Notes: generated by a model not told the origin, from the letters alone. A DNA stretch of 64,000 bases from Nitrospirota bacterium (GCA_040754455.1 JBFMCP010000002.1:64001-128000); one strand, 5' to 3'; shown: positions 37,787 through 48,359, counted from the first letter of the stretch. Made by a program: numbers and translations.

Positions 37787-40423
37787 ATGGCTGAAATTGC
37801 AATTCATATCCGTGCCAATGACGATGCAACACGAATTTTCAAGAACGTTGCCGACAGTGTGGGTGCTTTCGGTGAAGCCTGCAAGCGTGCCGAGAGCAAG
37901 GTCTGGGATTTCGTCAAGGGACTCGGGGCTTTCGAAATCATCAAGAGTGCCGCCGGCAGGCTGCGGGAGCTCGCTGCCGGCACCCTGGGCGTCGCCTCGT
38001 CGAACGAGCTGTATATAACCACCCTTACTACGCTGCTCGGCTCTCAGGAAGCGGCCAATCAGAAATTTAAGGAGCTTAATGATTTCGCCCGTGCTACGCC
38101 TTTCCAGATTGACGGCTTGATCAAGTCGTTTATCAATATGAAATCCATGGGCCTCGACCCTACCATTGAGACTATGCGCATTCTCGGAGATACCACCGCG
38201 GCCCTCGGAGGGGGCGAGGAAAAGTTTATGGGTATCTCCCGCGCCCTGGGACAGATCCAGACGAAAGGGAAGGTTAGCGCCGAGGAGCTGATGCAGCTTG
38301 CCGAGCAGGGCGTGCCTGCCTACGAGATCCTGAAGCAAAAGCTGGGACTCACGGCGCAAGAGGTGGCCAACATCGGCAACGCGGGGCTTTCCTCTGAAAA
38401 GGCGATACAAGCTCTCCTGTCGGGTATGGGCGATCGATTCGGCGGGCAGATGAGCAGTATGCAAACGACGTGGAAAGGTTTGATAGAGGAAATAAAGAGC
38501 TTCTGGCGTGACTTTGTTTCTTTAGTGGCTGATGCAGGGGCCTTCGACAAACTGAAAGGCTATATCTCAGATCTCCGCGATGCGGTGAACGAGGCCTTTG
38601 ACAGCGGCAAAGCACAGGAGTGGGCGCGGTCAATCTCGTCGGCGGTTGAAACGGCCGTAGGGACCGTGAGAGCCGTAGGCAGTGCAATAGATACGCTTAC
38701 GAGCCAGTTCGATGAGCTCTTTATCATGCTTTCAGCTGGCACGTTGACAGCCATTGCAGTCAATTTCGATGCGATAGTAGCAGCACTCGGACGTTTAACA
38801 GCCGCGTCGTCGATAGCCGGCGCAACCATAGCGCAAGTGATGCTGCCGGCATTGGCCGCGCTCATAGGCTACAAGATCGGGGAGATCGTTGATTATGTTA
38901 CTGACCTGTCCGGAGCCGGCACGCAGCAGATTGATCAAATAATGAGCGATGTTGCTGAAGAACAGAAGTTCCTTGATGAGCGGGCATCGAAGTATAACGA
39001 TACGATCAAAGAGCTGGGGATGAAGTCATATAAGGAGCTGAACGCCGCCATTAAATCGGGTTCTGTTGTAATGGATGAGGCGAGTGGAAAGTGGAAGCGT
39101 TATGTCGAAGAAACGAAAAGCTCAGCGACGGAAAGCGAGGCAGTGAAAAAAGTTATTTCCGGTGCGTCTGAGTCCGTCGAGAGCTTTAAGGTGAAGATCG
39201 ATAACCTCAACCCCTCGGTTGATAAGCTTGCAAAAGAGGAGGCTGAGCTCTACAGGACCGCGGAAAAGCTGTTTAAGGAAATGGATAAACAAAAAGGGTT
39301 GCCGTTCGAAGAGCGCCTGAGAATGCAGCAGCAGATCAATGAGGAGCTGAGGCGCGGCCTTGAATATCTGCGCGAATCGGATGCACGGGAGAAATATATT
39401 CAGCTCGCTGAAAAGGCGAGGGGAGTTATTGAAGAGGAGATCAAGGGGTATGATCGGCTGCGCGACAGCATGGTGAAAGCCTATGACGATGCCATGCAGA
39501 AAGCCCAGGGGTATTACGAGCTGGCGGACAAGCTCAAACAGGCGGCTGATGATTCCCGGTCGAGACGGGCGGCGAGAGAGGCGAGGCCGCTAACACCGGA
39601 TGAGGAATTCGATGCGAACTACAAAAAAATTAAAGACATCTTCAGCAAGGAGAGTCTCAATTTTATTGATCCTGAACGCACGCAGGAGGCTCTGGGCGTC
39701 CTGAATGATTTTGCGGATAAGTATCAGAACTTCCACAACAGCTTCGGTTCCAGCATGGCCTTTGAAATGGGCAGGGCGAATAACATGATCAAAGAGCTGG
39801 AGTCAAAGCTTGATAACATGGCAGTGGACGCAGAGACTTCAGGCCAGGCATGGGAGCGGTTTGCCAATAAACAGATACAGGCGATCCAGTCGGTGGACCA
39901 GTGGGTTGTTTATCTGCACGAGGGAGTGAGCAACCTTAATGCCGATATCACCGCAGTGAAGGAATTCAAGCTCGATGTTTCCTCTGCTCAGGCGAAGCTT
40001 GAGGCGCTTGCTATGCAGATATCTTCGGTGTATCAGATGATGAACAGCGTTTCGCAGCCGCGCGGCTCTGGCGCTGTGGTGACTTCTACCACCTACAGCC
40101 TTGCCGATACCTACAGCCAGCTCCAGGTAAATTCCAACTCGCAGGCATGGGCCGATTACGCCAGTTCGCTGGATTGGAATACTCCTTACCACGGCGGCAC
40201 GCGGTATGTCTCCGAAACAGGGCCTCGCTGGCTGCTTCGCGGTGAAGAGGTCCGCAATCCTCGGGAGGCCAGCAGAGGCAACCAGAACACGACGCAGGTC
40301 GTGTTTTCAGAAGGGAGCATCCAGATCATCTCCCAGGGCAATGGCATATCGGAGCAGGATCTGGATAAAGCGGCCAGGCAGCTGGTGGCAAAAGTCGAAG
40401 AGTATTCCAATAGGAGGTTATAG
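37787..40423 (+). CDS. Tape measure protein
   Basis: FARATPF..ALGQIQTKGKVSAEELMQLAEQGVP; long helical protein. Confidence 0.92.
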   Translation: MAEIAIHIRANDDATRIFKNVADSVGAFGEACKRAESKVWDFVKGLGAFEIIKSAAGRLRELAAGTLGVASSNELYITTLTTLLGSQEAANQKFKELNDFARATPFQIDGLIKSFINMKSMGLDPTIETMRILGDTTAALGGGEEKFMGISRALGQIQTKGKVSAEELMQLAEQGVPAYEILKQKLGLTAQEVANIGNAGLSSEKAIQALLSGMGDRFGGQMSSMQTTWKGLIEEIKSFWRDFVSLVADAGAFDKLKGYISDLRDAVNEAFDSGKAQEWARSISSAVETAVGTVRAVGSAIDTLTSQFDELFIMLSAGTLTAIAVNFDAIVAALGRLTAASSIAGATIAQVMLPALAALIGYKIGEIVDYVTDLSGAGTQQIDQIMSDVAEEQKFLDERASKYNDTIKELGMKSYKELNAAIKSGSVVMDEASGKWKRYVEETKSSATESEAVKKVISGASESVESFKVKIDNLNPSVDKLAKEEAELYRTAEKLFKEMDKQKGLPFEERLRMQQQINEELRRGLEYLRESDAREKYIQLAEKARGVIEEEIKGYDRLRDSMVKAYDDAMQKAQGYYELADKLKQAADDSRSRRAAREARPLTPDEEFDANYKKIKDIFSKESLNFIDPERTQEALGVLNDFADKYQNFHNSFGSSMAFEMGRANNMIKELESKLDNMAVDAETSGQAWERFANKQIQAIQSVDQWVVYLHEGVSNLNADITAVKEFKLDVSSAQAKLEALAMQISSVYQMMNSVSQPRGSGAVVTSTTYSLADTYSQLQVNSNSQAWADYASSLDWNTPYHGGTRYVSETGPRWLLRGEEVRNPREASRGNQNTTQVVFSEGSIQIISQGNGISEQDLDKAARQLVAKVEEYSNRRL

Positions 40424-40425
40424 AT

Positions 40426-40608
40426 ATGGCAAAGAAATCGATGTGGACCATCAGCATGACCCGGTGTACTACCTGTCCGCTCAAAGATGATTGTCCGGAC
40501 AGAGCAGAGATACTCAGAACGCTCTCAGTGCTTACCAATAAGATGCATCTGGACCGTACCACCGAGGGCGGCGCTGCGGGTACGATCATTGTCAACTGCG
40601 GGGCGTAA
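40426..40608 (+). CDS. Small Cys-containing protein
   Basis: AGGAGG RBS; CTTCP...C. Confidence 0.55.
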   Translation: MAKKSMWTISMTRCTTCPLKDDCPDRAEILRTLSVLTNKMHLDRTTEGGAAGTIIVNCGA

Positions 40609-40971
40609 GTGAACGTCCGGTTCGATCATGCAAACGGCTCCCTGGTGTTTACCAGGAACCCGGAGCTGCCCCATCCTCAGAGCCTCGAGCTGCTGCAGGC
40701 CGACGAGCGGAGCACCGGAGGAGAGCCGCTTCCGTGTGACTACCTTGCCGAGGAGGGCATTATCGAACGCTACTGGCCGGGCATGCCGAAGATCGATTTC
40801 GACGGCCTGCTTAACTTTTTCAGCAACGTCGTCGACGGCATCAGCAAGATCTTTATTTTTACCGATGCCGACAGCAGCGCGAAGAGCGTAAGATTTGCTT
40901 TTCCTAGGATTGAATGGCAAGAGGTGGCATTTGAAATGTACGCAGTAAAAATACAGCTCAGGGAGGCTTAG
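40609..40971 (+). CDS. Distal tail protein (putative)
   Basis: Position after tape measure; C-terminal KIQLRE; resembles C-terminus of 42294 ORF. Confidence 0.5.
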   Translation: MNVRFDHANGSLVFTRNPELPHPQSLELLQADERSTGGEPLPCDYLAEEGIIERYWPGMPKIDFDGLLNFFSNVVDGISKIFIFTDADSSAKSVRFAFPRIEWQEVAFEMYAVKIQLREA

Positions 40972-40974
40972 ACA

Positions 40975-41727
40975 ATGGCGATACAGGCGAGTGATATCAA
41001 GGTATACGGTTCGGCGAGCATGCCGGATGACGATGCGGCAACGAATATAGGCGGGGCGATCAACACAGGCATCAAGGTGGAGTTCACCGATATCGCCCCT
41101 GCGGGCCAGGTCGAGATGTTCTCGAGCAGCGCTGCGGATACTACGCAGCAGGTGACGATCACCGGGCGCAATGCCGCCGGTGAGATTGTGACCGAGACCA
41201 AGAATCTGAACGGCACCACAGTGGTGGCTTTTACCACTACCTTCGAACGAATACTGAAGATCGTCATGTCAGCCGTGGCCGTAGGGACCATCACCGTGCG
41301 CGAGAGCGTGGGCGCCGAGGTGCTCATTACCATTGAGCCCGGTATCACCCAGGTGCGAAAAGTGTTCTACAACGCCGTTGCCCCTTCAGAAGGATCGATC
41401 GACTTCTATGAGAAGATCTTCTTCAAAAACACCCATGCCTCACTGACGCTCACCGAGGCAAAGATATCGGAATACGCGGACCCCTCCGGCAAGATCACCT
41501 TTGCCCTGGAGAACGCACTCGACGGCACTGATACGAACGGTGTCGGCAATAACCGTTACGTCGCTCCTGCGGGATACACGTTCAACAATACAGAGAAGAA
41601 CGTTGCCAACAGCGGCAATCATACCGCTGAGAAGGCCCAGGGTGTCTGGCTCAAGCTCACGCTTACGAGCACGGATGAGCCGACGAAGACCACGTACACC
41701 CTCAGAGAGTCGGGAGTGACCATTTAA
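40975..41727 (+). CDS. Tail structural protein
   Basis: Thr/Gly-rich; AQGVWLK. Confidence 0.6.
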   Translation: MAIQASDIKVYGSASMPDDDAATNIGGAINTGIKVEFTDIAPAGQVEMFSSSAADTTQQVTITGRNAAGEIVTETKNLNGTTVVAFTTTFERILKIVMSAVAVGTITVRESVGAEVLITIEPGITQVRKVFYNAVAPSEGSIDFYEKIFFKNTHASLTLTEAKISEYADPSGKITFALENALDGTDTNGVGNNRYVAPAGYTFNNTEKNVANSGNHTAEKAQGVWLKLTLTSTDEPTKTTYTLRESGVTI

Positions 41728-41728
41728 T

Positions 41729-42292
41729 ATGCCGAATGCAAAGAAGATCACCCTGGACTATAACGAGACCGGCAAGACCGTCTATGCGATCGTACGGCGT
41801 GAGACTGACAGCTATCGCCTGAATGATGCTGACGGTTCTTTCGCTGAAGCGCCTGCGGACCCTTACCTTGCGCTGGCAGAAGACTCGGTGATCAAAGGCC
41901 GCTACGAGGTGAGCGAGTCGCGGGCGGCATGGAACGACGGCAAGTACACCGTGGCGATCTATAAGCAGACGGGAGGAAGCCCTGCCCCTGCAAGCGATAC
42001 CCTGATCGGCTCCGGAGAGATATATATCATCTCTGACACCGAGATCGATCTCCAATATCTGCATGACAAGGTCCTGGAGCTGAGGACCGGCAACATGCGC
42101 ATCCTCTTCACTGTTGCAACCGTCCCTGTCCCTGCGCGTAACGTCGAGGTCGGCAGGATCAACTATCAGACCATCCAGATCAAGCGCGATGCCGATGTCG
42201 ATTGGGCCAGCCCGGTAAGCTCGAAGACGCTCTATTTCTGGTACGACGCGATGGGCGATATCAACCCCTCCAAGGTGGGAGAATCGGGGTAA
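41729..42292 (+). CDS. Tail-module hypothetical protein
   Basis: Operon packing. Confidence 0.6.
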   Translation: MPNAKKITLDYNETGKTVYAIVRRETDSYRLNDADGSFAEAPADPYLALAEDSVIKGRYEVSESRAAWNDGKYTVAIYKQTGGSPAPASDTLIGSGEIYIISDTEIDLQYLHDKVLELRTGNMRILFTVATVPVPARNVEVGRINYQTIQIKRDADVDWASPVSSKTLYFWYDAMGDINPSKVGESG

Positions 42293-42293
42293 G

Positions 42294-43271
42294 ATGCTTG
42301 CGCTGTCAATTGCGACAAAGGGATACTGGGCTGACAACAATACGCTCAGTATCGCTACGGGTGGCTATCGTCGACGGCTGAGCCAGGTCTCCAGTGACCG
42401 CACCGTTTCCACTGCCTGGACACGGTGCGTATGCATTGATCGGACATTCTCCGGAGACCGGCGCAAGGCTGTAGTCGGATACGGATCGCTCCATGTCGAT
42501 TTCCTGCAGAACAACAATCTGATACTGAGAAATGTGGTGCTCTCCTATGATTTCGTCAAGGCTTTTTACGATGCTGCCGTGATGCCTGTCGAATACCGTC
42601 TCGGGGTGCAGCGTGATGCATCACTCCAGCTCGATCGCTACGCTCCGCTGCATGCCGATGCGATGATGCGGACGGACTTCCTGAAAGCCGTCCGGCCCGA
42701 GAGGACATTTCCTGCGGCGTATGAAAAAGCGCGCCTGATGAGCGTCGTAATCCCCTGCGATGCCCGTGCGTCTCGTTCTGCAACAGTGATTTTACCTTTT
42801 GATGGACTCAAGCGTCCGGTTATAGACCATCTATTACTCTTTGACATAATTACAAAGCTGGACAAGGATGTGCAACTGCCGATCGGTATTACCGGCAGTT
42901 GGGGAAAGGTTGTCTTCCTGCATCCTGCCGGCGCCGTGCATTTTTATAGACGGCCGTTGAAGCAGCAGCCGCAGGGATTTCAGATGTTCCAGCCCTCGGG
43001 CAGAGACAGCAATGGAGATTTCTACAGCACTACAAAAAGCACGCTCAGGATCAGGGATGAACAGCTTGCATTCCGCAATATCAGCGACTATACCATAGAA
43101 TCTCTGCGCTATTTTATTCTGAATGCGGCCCGGGGGACCAAGAATAAGTTCACCTATTTTGATGTCTACAATGTACCGCATACGGCGAAGTTTACTGAAC
43201 GTAAATTCTCCTGGCGGCGGACCGGCTACAACAAAAACGACCTGGTGATCTATCTGGAGGTCTATTTATGA
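42294..43271 (+). CDS. Tail-module protein with Dit-like C-terminus
   Basis: Operon packing. Confidence 0.55.
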   Translation: MLALSIATKGYWADNNTLSIATGGYRRRLSQVSSDRTVSTAWTRCVCIDRTFSGDRRKAVVGYGSLHVDFLQNNNLILRNVVLSYDFVKAFYDAAVMPVEYRLGVQRDASLQLDRYAPLHADAMMRTDFLKAVRPERTFPAAYEKARLMSVVIPCDARASRSATVILPFDGLKRPVIDHLLLFDIITKLDKDVQLPIGITGSWGKVVFLHPAGAVHFYRRPLKQQPQGFQMFQPSGRDSNGDFYSTTKSTLRIRDEQLAFRNISDYTIESLRYFILNAARGTKNKFTYFDVYNVPHTAKFTERKFSWRRTGYNKNDLVIYLEVYL

Positions 43272-45760
43272 GTAGGACCCTCACCCCGGGATTTGCCGCC
43301 GAGCTCGCCAAGAAAACCGGTACAAAGCCGGTATGGTTTTTAGGTGCACAACTCGGCACCACAACGCTCTATATCGGCGACAATGAGCTTACTATTCCCT
43401 CCTGGCAAGGCGGCATCACCGTAAAACCGTGGGTCAAGGACTGGGGAGAGGTCCGTGAAGGAATCGATAACAGCCTTGGAGAATTCAAGGTTTCGGAGTA
43501 CTCCATCTCGTGCCTGAACGATACGAGTATCACGGAGAATCTTGTCTATTACCTGACCAATTTCCGTCCGGAAAAGAACACGGTCAGCCTGTATCTATGG
43601 TTCCTCGACCTTGACCCGGTTACAGACCCGCCGCTGGAGATCTCCAGGGGCTATATCAAGAACTATCCCTGTCCTGATGACTACAACGTTACCCTGCAGA
43701 TCCAGGATGAGACGCTGAAGCTCGAGCGCCACTATGTGGGTGCCAAAGTGAGCCTGGCCGATTACCCCGGCGCGGACCCCGACGACGTGGGGCGCGTGAT
43801 CCCGATCCCCTTCGGCACGGTGAAGAAGCTCAGAGCCCTCGCGCTCGATGCCGGGTACAAGACGAGTCTGCCTGCGATCCTGCAGCCGGGCGTGACGAAT
43901 TTCAACGTGAGCGACGGAGAACGTTTGAGCGCGGGCAAGGTTATCACCATTGATGAAGAGGACATCTATATCATCAATATCTCGGAAGACAACATCACCA
44001 ACTGCACCAGGGGCTACAACGGCACCCTCGAGGCCAAGCACCTGCGAGGCGCCGTCGTATGGGAAAAGAAGGACATCTTTGTCTATGTCGTTTCCGATAA
44101 GCCCCTCGACAGCATGGGCAAGGTGTATGGCAGGGTCGGCGATGCCGAGGTAGATATCACCAGCATTGTCACCAGGTACACCGGCCAGCCGGGCAGTGTG
44201 CTCACCGGTTATGAAGGGAAAGCGGTTGTTACCGTTCCCGGGTATATCACCGTGCAGCAGGCGGTGGACCTGCTCGTTAGCGACGGCATAGGCGTGAATG
44301 ATGCGATCGCCATAGTGGACGGCATTGCGGTCAATGACACCATCTCGGTCTACGACACGATAGCGGTGAGCGATACGATCGGCGTCTCGCAGGGATACCA
44401 TGGCCATGCAGTGAGTTCGCCTTCGGCAGCTTATTACGGTAATGGGGCAAGCCATAGTGGCTCTAATGCTTCGTTTTCCGGATCGGATGCAAATTTGCGC
44501 GATCAGAATACAGGAACAGGGTTGACTGCAAATTTCAATGGTTCGCAGACAATCCAAAGCTTCTCTGCCACTATGACAGTTACCTTTCCTGCTTATAGCG
44601 GGCCGACGCCGCAGTCGGTCTATCTCTGTGTCAATTATCGAGGCGGCTTTAACTCAGGCGGGTATATTAGGCTGAATGGAGTCGATATCGGTGCCGAAGG
44701 AAGTAATGTAACCAAAAAAATCAATGTCGGCACGTCAGTGCCGAGCTCAATCGCTTTGTCATGTTATTCGCCGGGAGCCCAGTATGTGCAAGGCGGTTAT
44801 TTAGTGGGCACTGAAATCTGGTATGAGGTGCAATCGAATGCCACATCCTCAGATCCCGCTGCGGGCGTGGCGAAGACCGGCTCGGCGAGCAAGAGCGGCT
44901 CGGCAAGCAAGAGCGGCTCGGCATCGAAATCAGGCACCACATCCCGCTCCGGAGCTGCGACCAAGACCGGCACTGTAGCGCTCTACGGCAACTCCGTGGC
45001 CAATACGCTGGTAGGCGACGCTATCCTGGTCGACGTGACGCGCAGCTTTGCGGACTGTGATGCGGCCATGCAGAGCATTGCGAGCGACGCCGGTGTTGCG
45101 AGCTTCCAGGGTATCGGCAGCCTGCCGGGATACTACGCATTCAACGGCGCGATCACCGAATACAAGCCCGCGCTCTATTGGCTGAATTATCTCGCCTTCC
45201 AGTGCCGGAGCCGCTTCCGTATGCACCTGGGTACCGCGCAGCGCATCTACCGCCCTGACACGATCACGCCGGTGGAGACGTTACCTACGGTCGTCTTGAG
45301 GCAAGACGGCAAGAGGGCGCTCTACAGAGACCAGACGCCCTACAGCGATATTATTAACAAAATGAATCTCCTCTATGACAGGGATTACTCTCAGCAGACA
45401 CGGGACGAGGGCTCGTATAGGGGCAACTCCAAGGACAGTTCAGTGAACGGAACACTGAGGCAGCTGCTGGATGCCTCGATCGCCGACTACGGCCTTTGCG
45501 AGCGCCCTGAACTTTTCAGGTTCGACTTCGTGAGCGATCCGACAATGGCGGACCATTTGCGGGACTTTTACCTTTCGTATTATCACTACCGGCATTGGAC
45601 AGATGTCTTCGAGGAGTACTGGATATATGCCGATCTCGAGTTCGCCGATGGGGTGACGCTCGGATTTTTGGGCAACCGGGCTGCCGAGATCCTTGAGACG
45701 AGGTACCGCCCCGGTAATAGGGACAACCTGGATATAATCGGCTTCGTGGCCGTGGAATAA
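43268..45760 (+). CDS. Tail tip/hub protein with inserted repeat-flanked domain
   Basis: GRVIPIPFG; RGYNGT..H..GA; internal 6-aa repeats. Confidence 0.7.
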   Translation: MSRTLTPGFAAELAKKTGTKPVWFLGAQLGTTTLYIGDNELTIPSWQGGITVKPWVKDWGEVREGIDNSLGEFKVSEYSISCLNDTSITENLVYYLTNFRPEKNTVSLYLWFLDLDPVTDPPLEISRGYIKNYPCPDDYNVTLQIQDETLKLERHYVGAKVSLADYPGADPDDVGRVIPIPFGTVKKLRALALDAGYKTSLPAILQPGVTNFNVSDGERLSAGKVITIDEEDIYIINISEDNITNCTRGYNGTLEAKHLRGAVVWEKKDIFVYVVSDKPLDSMGKVYGRVGDAEVDITSIVTRYTGQPGSVLTGYEGKAVVTVPGYITVQQAVDLLVSDGIGVNDAIAIVDGIAVNDTISVYDTIAVSDTIGVSQGYHGHAVSSPSAAYYGNGASHSGSNASFSGSDANLRDQNTGTGLTANFNGSQTIQSFSATMTVTFPAYSGPTPQSVYLCVNYRGGFNSGGYIRLNGVDIGAEGSNVTKKINVGTSVPSSIALSCYSPGAQYVQGGYLVGTEIWYEVQSNATSSDPAAGVAKTGSASKSGSASKSGSASKSGTTSRSGAATKTGTVALYGNSVANTLVGDAILVDVTRSFADCDAAMQSIASDAGVASFQGIGSLPGYYAFNGAITEYKPALYWLNYLAFQCRSRFRMHLGTAQRIYRPDTITPVETLPTVVLRQDGKRALYRDQTPYSDIINKMNLLYDRDYSQQTRDEGSYRGNSKDSSVNGTLRQLLDASIADYGLCERPELFRFDFVSDPTMADHLRDFYLSYYHYRHWTDVFEEYWIYADLEFADGVTLGFLGNRAAEILETRYRPGNRDNLDIIGFVAVE

Positions 45761-45771
45761 AGGAGGTTACC

Positions 45772-46074
45772 ATGTTAGCCAGGACAGTAGCAGCAGGAGG
45801 ATCGGTCTCGTATGGGCACACCCAGGCCGTAGCCGCGCAGGTCTGGACGATTGCCCACAATCTCAACAAAGATTTGATTGCTTCTGTTTGGGCGTATAGT
45901 GAGTACCCCAAGTTTTGTGGGGACGGGGCCTATTGCGGAGACGGCTCTTACTGCGGTCAACCGGGAAACACTTATGCGGATATCCCGTACTCATGGATTA
46001 CGAAAGTGGATGCAAACACGATCAGGATCGGCTTTGCCTCACCCGTCTCTGGCAAGGCGACCATTCTATTTTAA
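45772..46074 (+). CDS. Tail fibre-associated protein
   Basis: WTIAHNLN..DANTIRIGF..SGKA. Confidence 0.6.
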   Translation: MLARTVAAGGSVSYGHTQAVAAQVWTIAHNLNKDLIASVWAYSEYPKFCGDGAYCGDGSYCGQPGNTYADIPYSWITKVDANTIRIGFASPVSGKATILF

Positions 46075-46086
46075 AAGGAGGACACA

Positions 46087-46401
46087 ATGAGAGGAATACC
46101 GGCACACCTCAATACCCGGCATGATGTAGAGCAATGCGTTGAGCTTGCATTGGCCGGGGAGCTGGACAGGGCAGAGCTAAAGAAGAGGATTGAAAGGCTG
46201 CTCAGCGACGACATGGTATGGAACTTCAAGACCGAAGTCGACGACACCTATCAGCCCGCGCAGAATGAAAAGGTTATCACCGAAGATGTAGGTGGTATTA
46301 CAAAGCACTTTTGCTTTGAATTGGTAAGCAACCCGGCTGCCGTCTATCTGCGCATGGGATTCGCGAAGGCAGAGCTGCAGGCATTCATCAATCAGCTATA
46401 G
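46087..46401 (+). CDS. Hypothetical protein upstream of DGR target
   Basis: AGGAGG RBS; MRGIPAHLNTRHD. Confidence 0.65.
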   Translation: MRGIPAHLNTRHDVEQCVELALAGELDRAELKKRIERLLSDDMVWNFKTEVDDTYQPAQNEKVITEDVGGITKHFCFELVSNPAAVYLRMGFAKAELQAFINQL

Positions 46402-46410
46402 GAGGACTAC

Positions 46411-47496
46411 ATGGGACAGAGCATTATATGGAAAGATGATCCGGCATATTCGACGAATGCCGCTAACTTTCACAAGAGCATGGACATCAGGCCGGGCCTG
46501 TTCAACAATTACCTGCAGGTTAATGCTACAAAGACCGGCATCATCGTCAAGGCCGATACCATCATCCCCCTGAAAAGCGGGTCCACGTGGAAGGCGTACC
46601 TGTTCACCTCTGACAGCGAGGTGACGACGCTCGACACCGGCGCGCTTACCCTGGGGACGCATTACTACGTCTATCTCTGCGATAACGGTACGGACAACGG
46701 GCTGCTGCTCCTCTCTGCGAACTCCACCGCGCCGCAGGGCTACACCGCATCGGACTCCAGGAAGATCGGCGGCTTCCACTACGGCAGAGTGCGCAATAGC
46801 ATCACCGTGGCCGACGTCACCAGCGGCGCCGTGGTCCCCAACTCGGTGTGGGACCTCTACAACCGTCCCAAGTGCTCTCCGGAGGGCATGGTGAAGATCC
46901 ACGAGAACCTCTGGTGCGATATCTACCTCGCCTCGGTCAACGAGGCGATCACCTTTGCTGCGGGCAATGGCTCCCCCACTAAGGCAGGCTCCTGCAAGAG
47001 CGCCTACAATGCAGCGCCTCTGACGGGCACAGAGGGCCTCAGCGGCTACAACTTCCTCGAGCTGGCCAGAAGGTCCGGCAAGAGACTTTTGACCCTTGCA
47101 GAATGGCTGCAGGCAGCGCACGGGAGTCCACAAGGAAATAACGGGGATAATAACAACGCCTGGTCAGCTACCACCAATTCAGCAAGGACAAATACGGGCT
47201 CTGTGGCCAATGCAATCAGCCTTTTAAATGTGGTAGACTGTGTGGGAAATGTCTTGGAATGGCTTGATGAATTTTCGAATCGACAGGATACCACGAGCTG
47301 GAACTGGTACGACGTTATGACAGGCATGAGTGTGGGTCAGCTTTATCTGGCGAACAACACGGGATTGATACAGTATTTAGCCGGTGGCCATTGGAGCCCT
47401 GGCGTCTACGCTGGCTCGCGGTGCGTTAATGCCAATAGCTCTCCGTGGAGTGTCTCTCCGGATATCGGCTCCCGGCTGGCCTGTGACGCTCTGTAA
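46411..47496 (+). CDS. DGR target: Mtd-like receptor-binding protein with C-terminal CLec (FGE-type) fold
   Basis: IGGFHYG, SVWDL, WCDIYL, GKRLLTLAEW, DCVGNVLEW, GSRLACD; VR at the 3' end. Confidence 0.92.
   Translation: MGQSIIWKDDPAYSTNAANFHKSMDIRPGLFNNYLQVNATKTGIIVKADTIIPLKSGSTWKAYLFTSDSEVTTLDTGALTLGTHYYVYLCDNGTDNGLLLLSANSTAPQGYTASDSRKIGGFHYGRVRNSITVADVTSGAVVPNSVWDLYNRPKCSPEGMVKIHENLWCDIYLASVNEAITFAAGNGSPTKAGSCKSAYNAAPLTGTEGLSGYNFLELARRSGKRLLTLAEWLQAAHGSPQGNNGDNNNAWSATTNSARTNTGSVANAISLLNVVDCVGNVLEWLDEFSNRQDTTSWNWYDVMTGMSVGQLYLANNTGLIQYLAGGHWSPGVYAGSRCVNANSSPWSVSPDIGSRLACDAL
47380..47486 (+). repeat. DGR variable repeat (VR)
   Basis: 107 nt aligned ungapped with TR; 13 differences, all at TR adenines. 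Confidence 0.97.
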
Positions 47497-47537
47497 TCTG
47501 AAATCTGATAATCTGTTTTGTTTTTTGTCGTTGTATC

Positions 47538-47557
47538 AGGCGGGCGAAAGCCCGCCT
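47538..47557 (+). promoter_or_regulatory. DGR target-recognition hairpin
   Basis: AGGCGGGC-GAAA-GCCCGCCT: perfect 8-bp GC-rich stem with GAAA loop downstream of VR. Confidence 0.85.
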
Positions 47558-47590
47558 CTGTCGAAAAAATTTTTTAGGGGTTAGGTACAG

Positions 47591-47923
47591 ATGAACGATC
47601 TCGTGATTTACCAGAAGGTGTACGATTTCACGCTGTACCTTTTCCCGATTGTAGAGAAGTTTCCGAAGCATGAGAAGTTTGTCCTCTGTACGCACGTCAA
47701 ATCATGCGTGCTCGATATTGCCCGGCTGATCATCAGGGCCAATAAGAGCCGGACGAAAAAGGCGATCCTCTACGACATCGATGTGAGGATCGAGGAGCTG
47801 AAGTTTCTGCTCCGGCTTGCTCATGACAGGAAATACCTCTCCAACAAAAGCTACGAGCACAGCAGCAAACTGCTGCTCGAAATAGGAAGGCTGTTAGGAG
47901 GATGGATCAAAAGTGTGGGTTAA
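47591..47923 (+). CDS. avd: DGR accessory variability determinant (four-helix bundle)
   Basis: LVIYQKVYD..FPKHEKF..LRLAHD..EIGRLLGGWIK; between VR and TR. Confidence 0.93.
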   Translation: MNDLVIYQKVYDFTLYLFPIVEKFPKHEKFVLCTHVKSCVLDIARLIIRANKSRTKKAILYDIDVRIEELKFLLRLAHDRKYLSNKSYEHSSKLLLEIGRLLGGWIKSVG

Positions 47924-47930
47924 GGGCGAT

Positions 47931-48037
47931 ACCGGTGGCAATTGGAGCAATGGCGTAAACGCTGGCTCGCGGTGCGTTAATGCCAATAACTATCCGTGGA
48001 ATGTCAATACGAATATCGGCTCCCGGCTGGCCTGTGA
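47931..48037 (+). repeat. DGR template repeat (TR)
   Basis: Adenine-retaining copy of VR with nine AAY codons in the VR frame. Confidence 0.97.
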
Positions 48038-48190
48038 GTGTATAGGGCTTACAGAGATGATGTCTCTCTACGGAGCATCACCAGTGACATATACAGTCAG
48101 GCCCTTGATCCCTGCCGCAAGGCAAAAATTGGAGAGGCTCTGTGCAGTGAGTACGGACAGCAGTCCTTAAAATTGTGCAGGCCGCATAAT

Positions 48191-48340
48191 TTCGGTCGGT
48201 TAATAGCTCCGCTTCAGCCGGAGAACTGTTAAACCCGAAATCTCAGAATCGTAAAAACGGTCGGTTAGTTGGCAACTCCTCCGGGAGAGCTGCCAAGCCC
48301 ATCAAAAACCGTTTTACGGTTTTCAGATTTCGGGTTTTTT
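48191..48340 (+). ncRNA. Structured cis-regulatory RNA leader, copy 2 (inside DGR spacer)
   Basis: 13-bp stem AAACCCGAAATCT (48231-43) / AGATTTCGGGTTT (48325-37) + T run; inner stems; shares blocks with 15916-16052. Confidence 0.65.
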
Positions 48341-48359
48341 GGTTTCAGGAGGCTGACCG

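Noticed and set aside
44872..44935. 18-bp repeats as a CRISPR array
   Set aside because: Tandem in-frame coding repeats with no spacers; no cas genes or arrays were seen in the window.
45772..46401. Second DGR target/VR in nearby tail genes
   Set aside because: No further TR-like sequence found by eye; a BLASTN of TR against the full genome is needed to exclude remote targets.
47913..48170. 85-aa ORF resembling the target C-terminus
   Set aside because: This is the TR read in the VR frame; TRs act as RNA templates.
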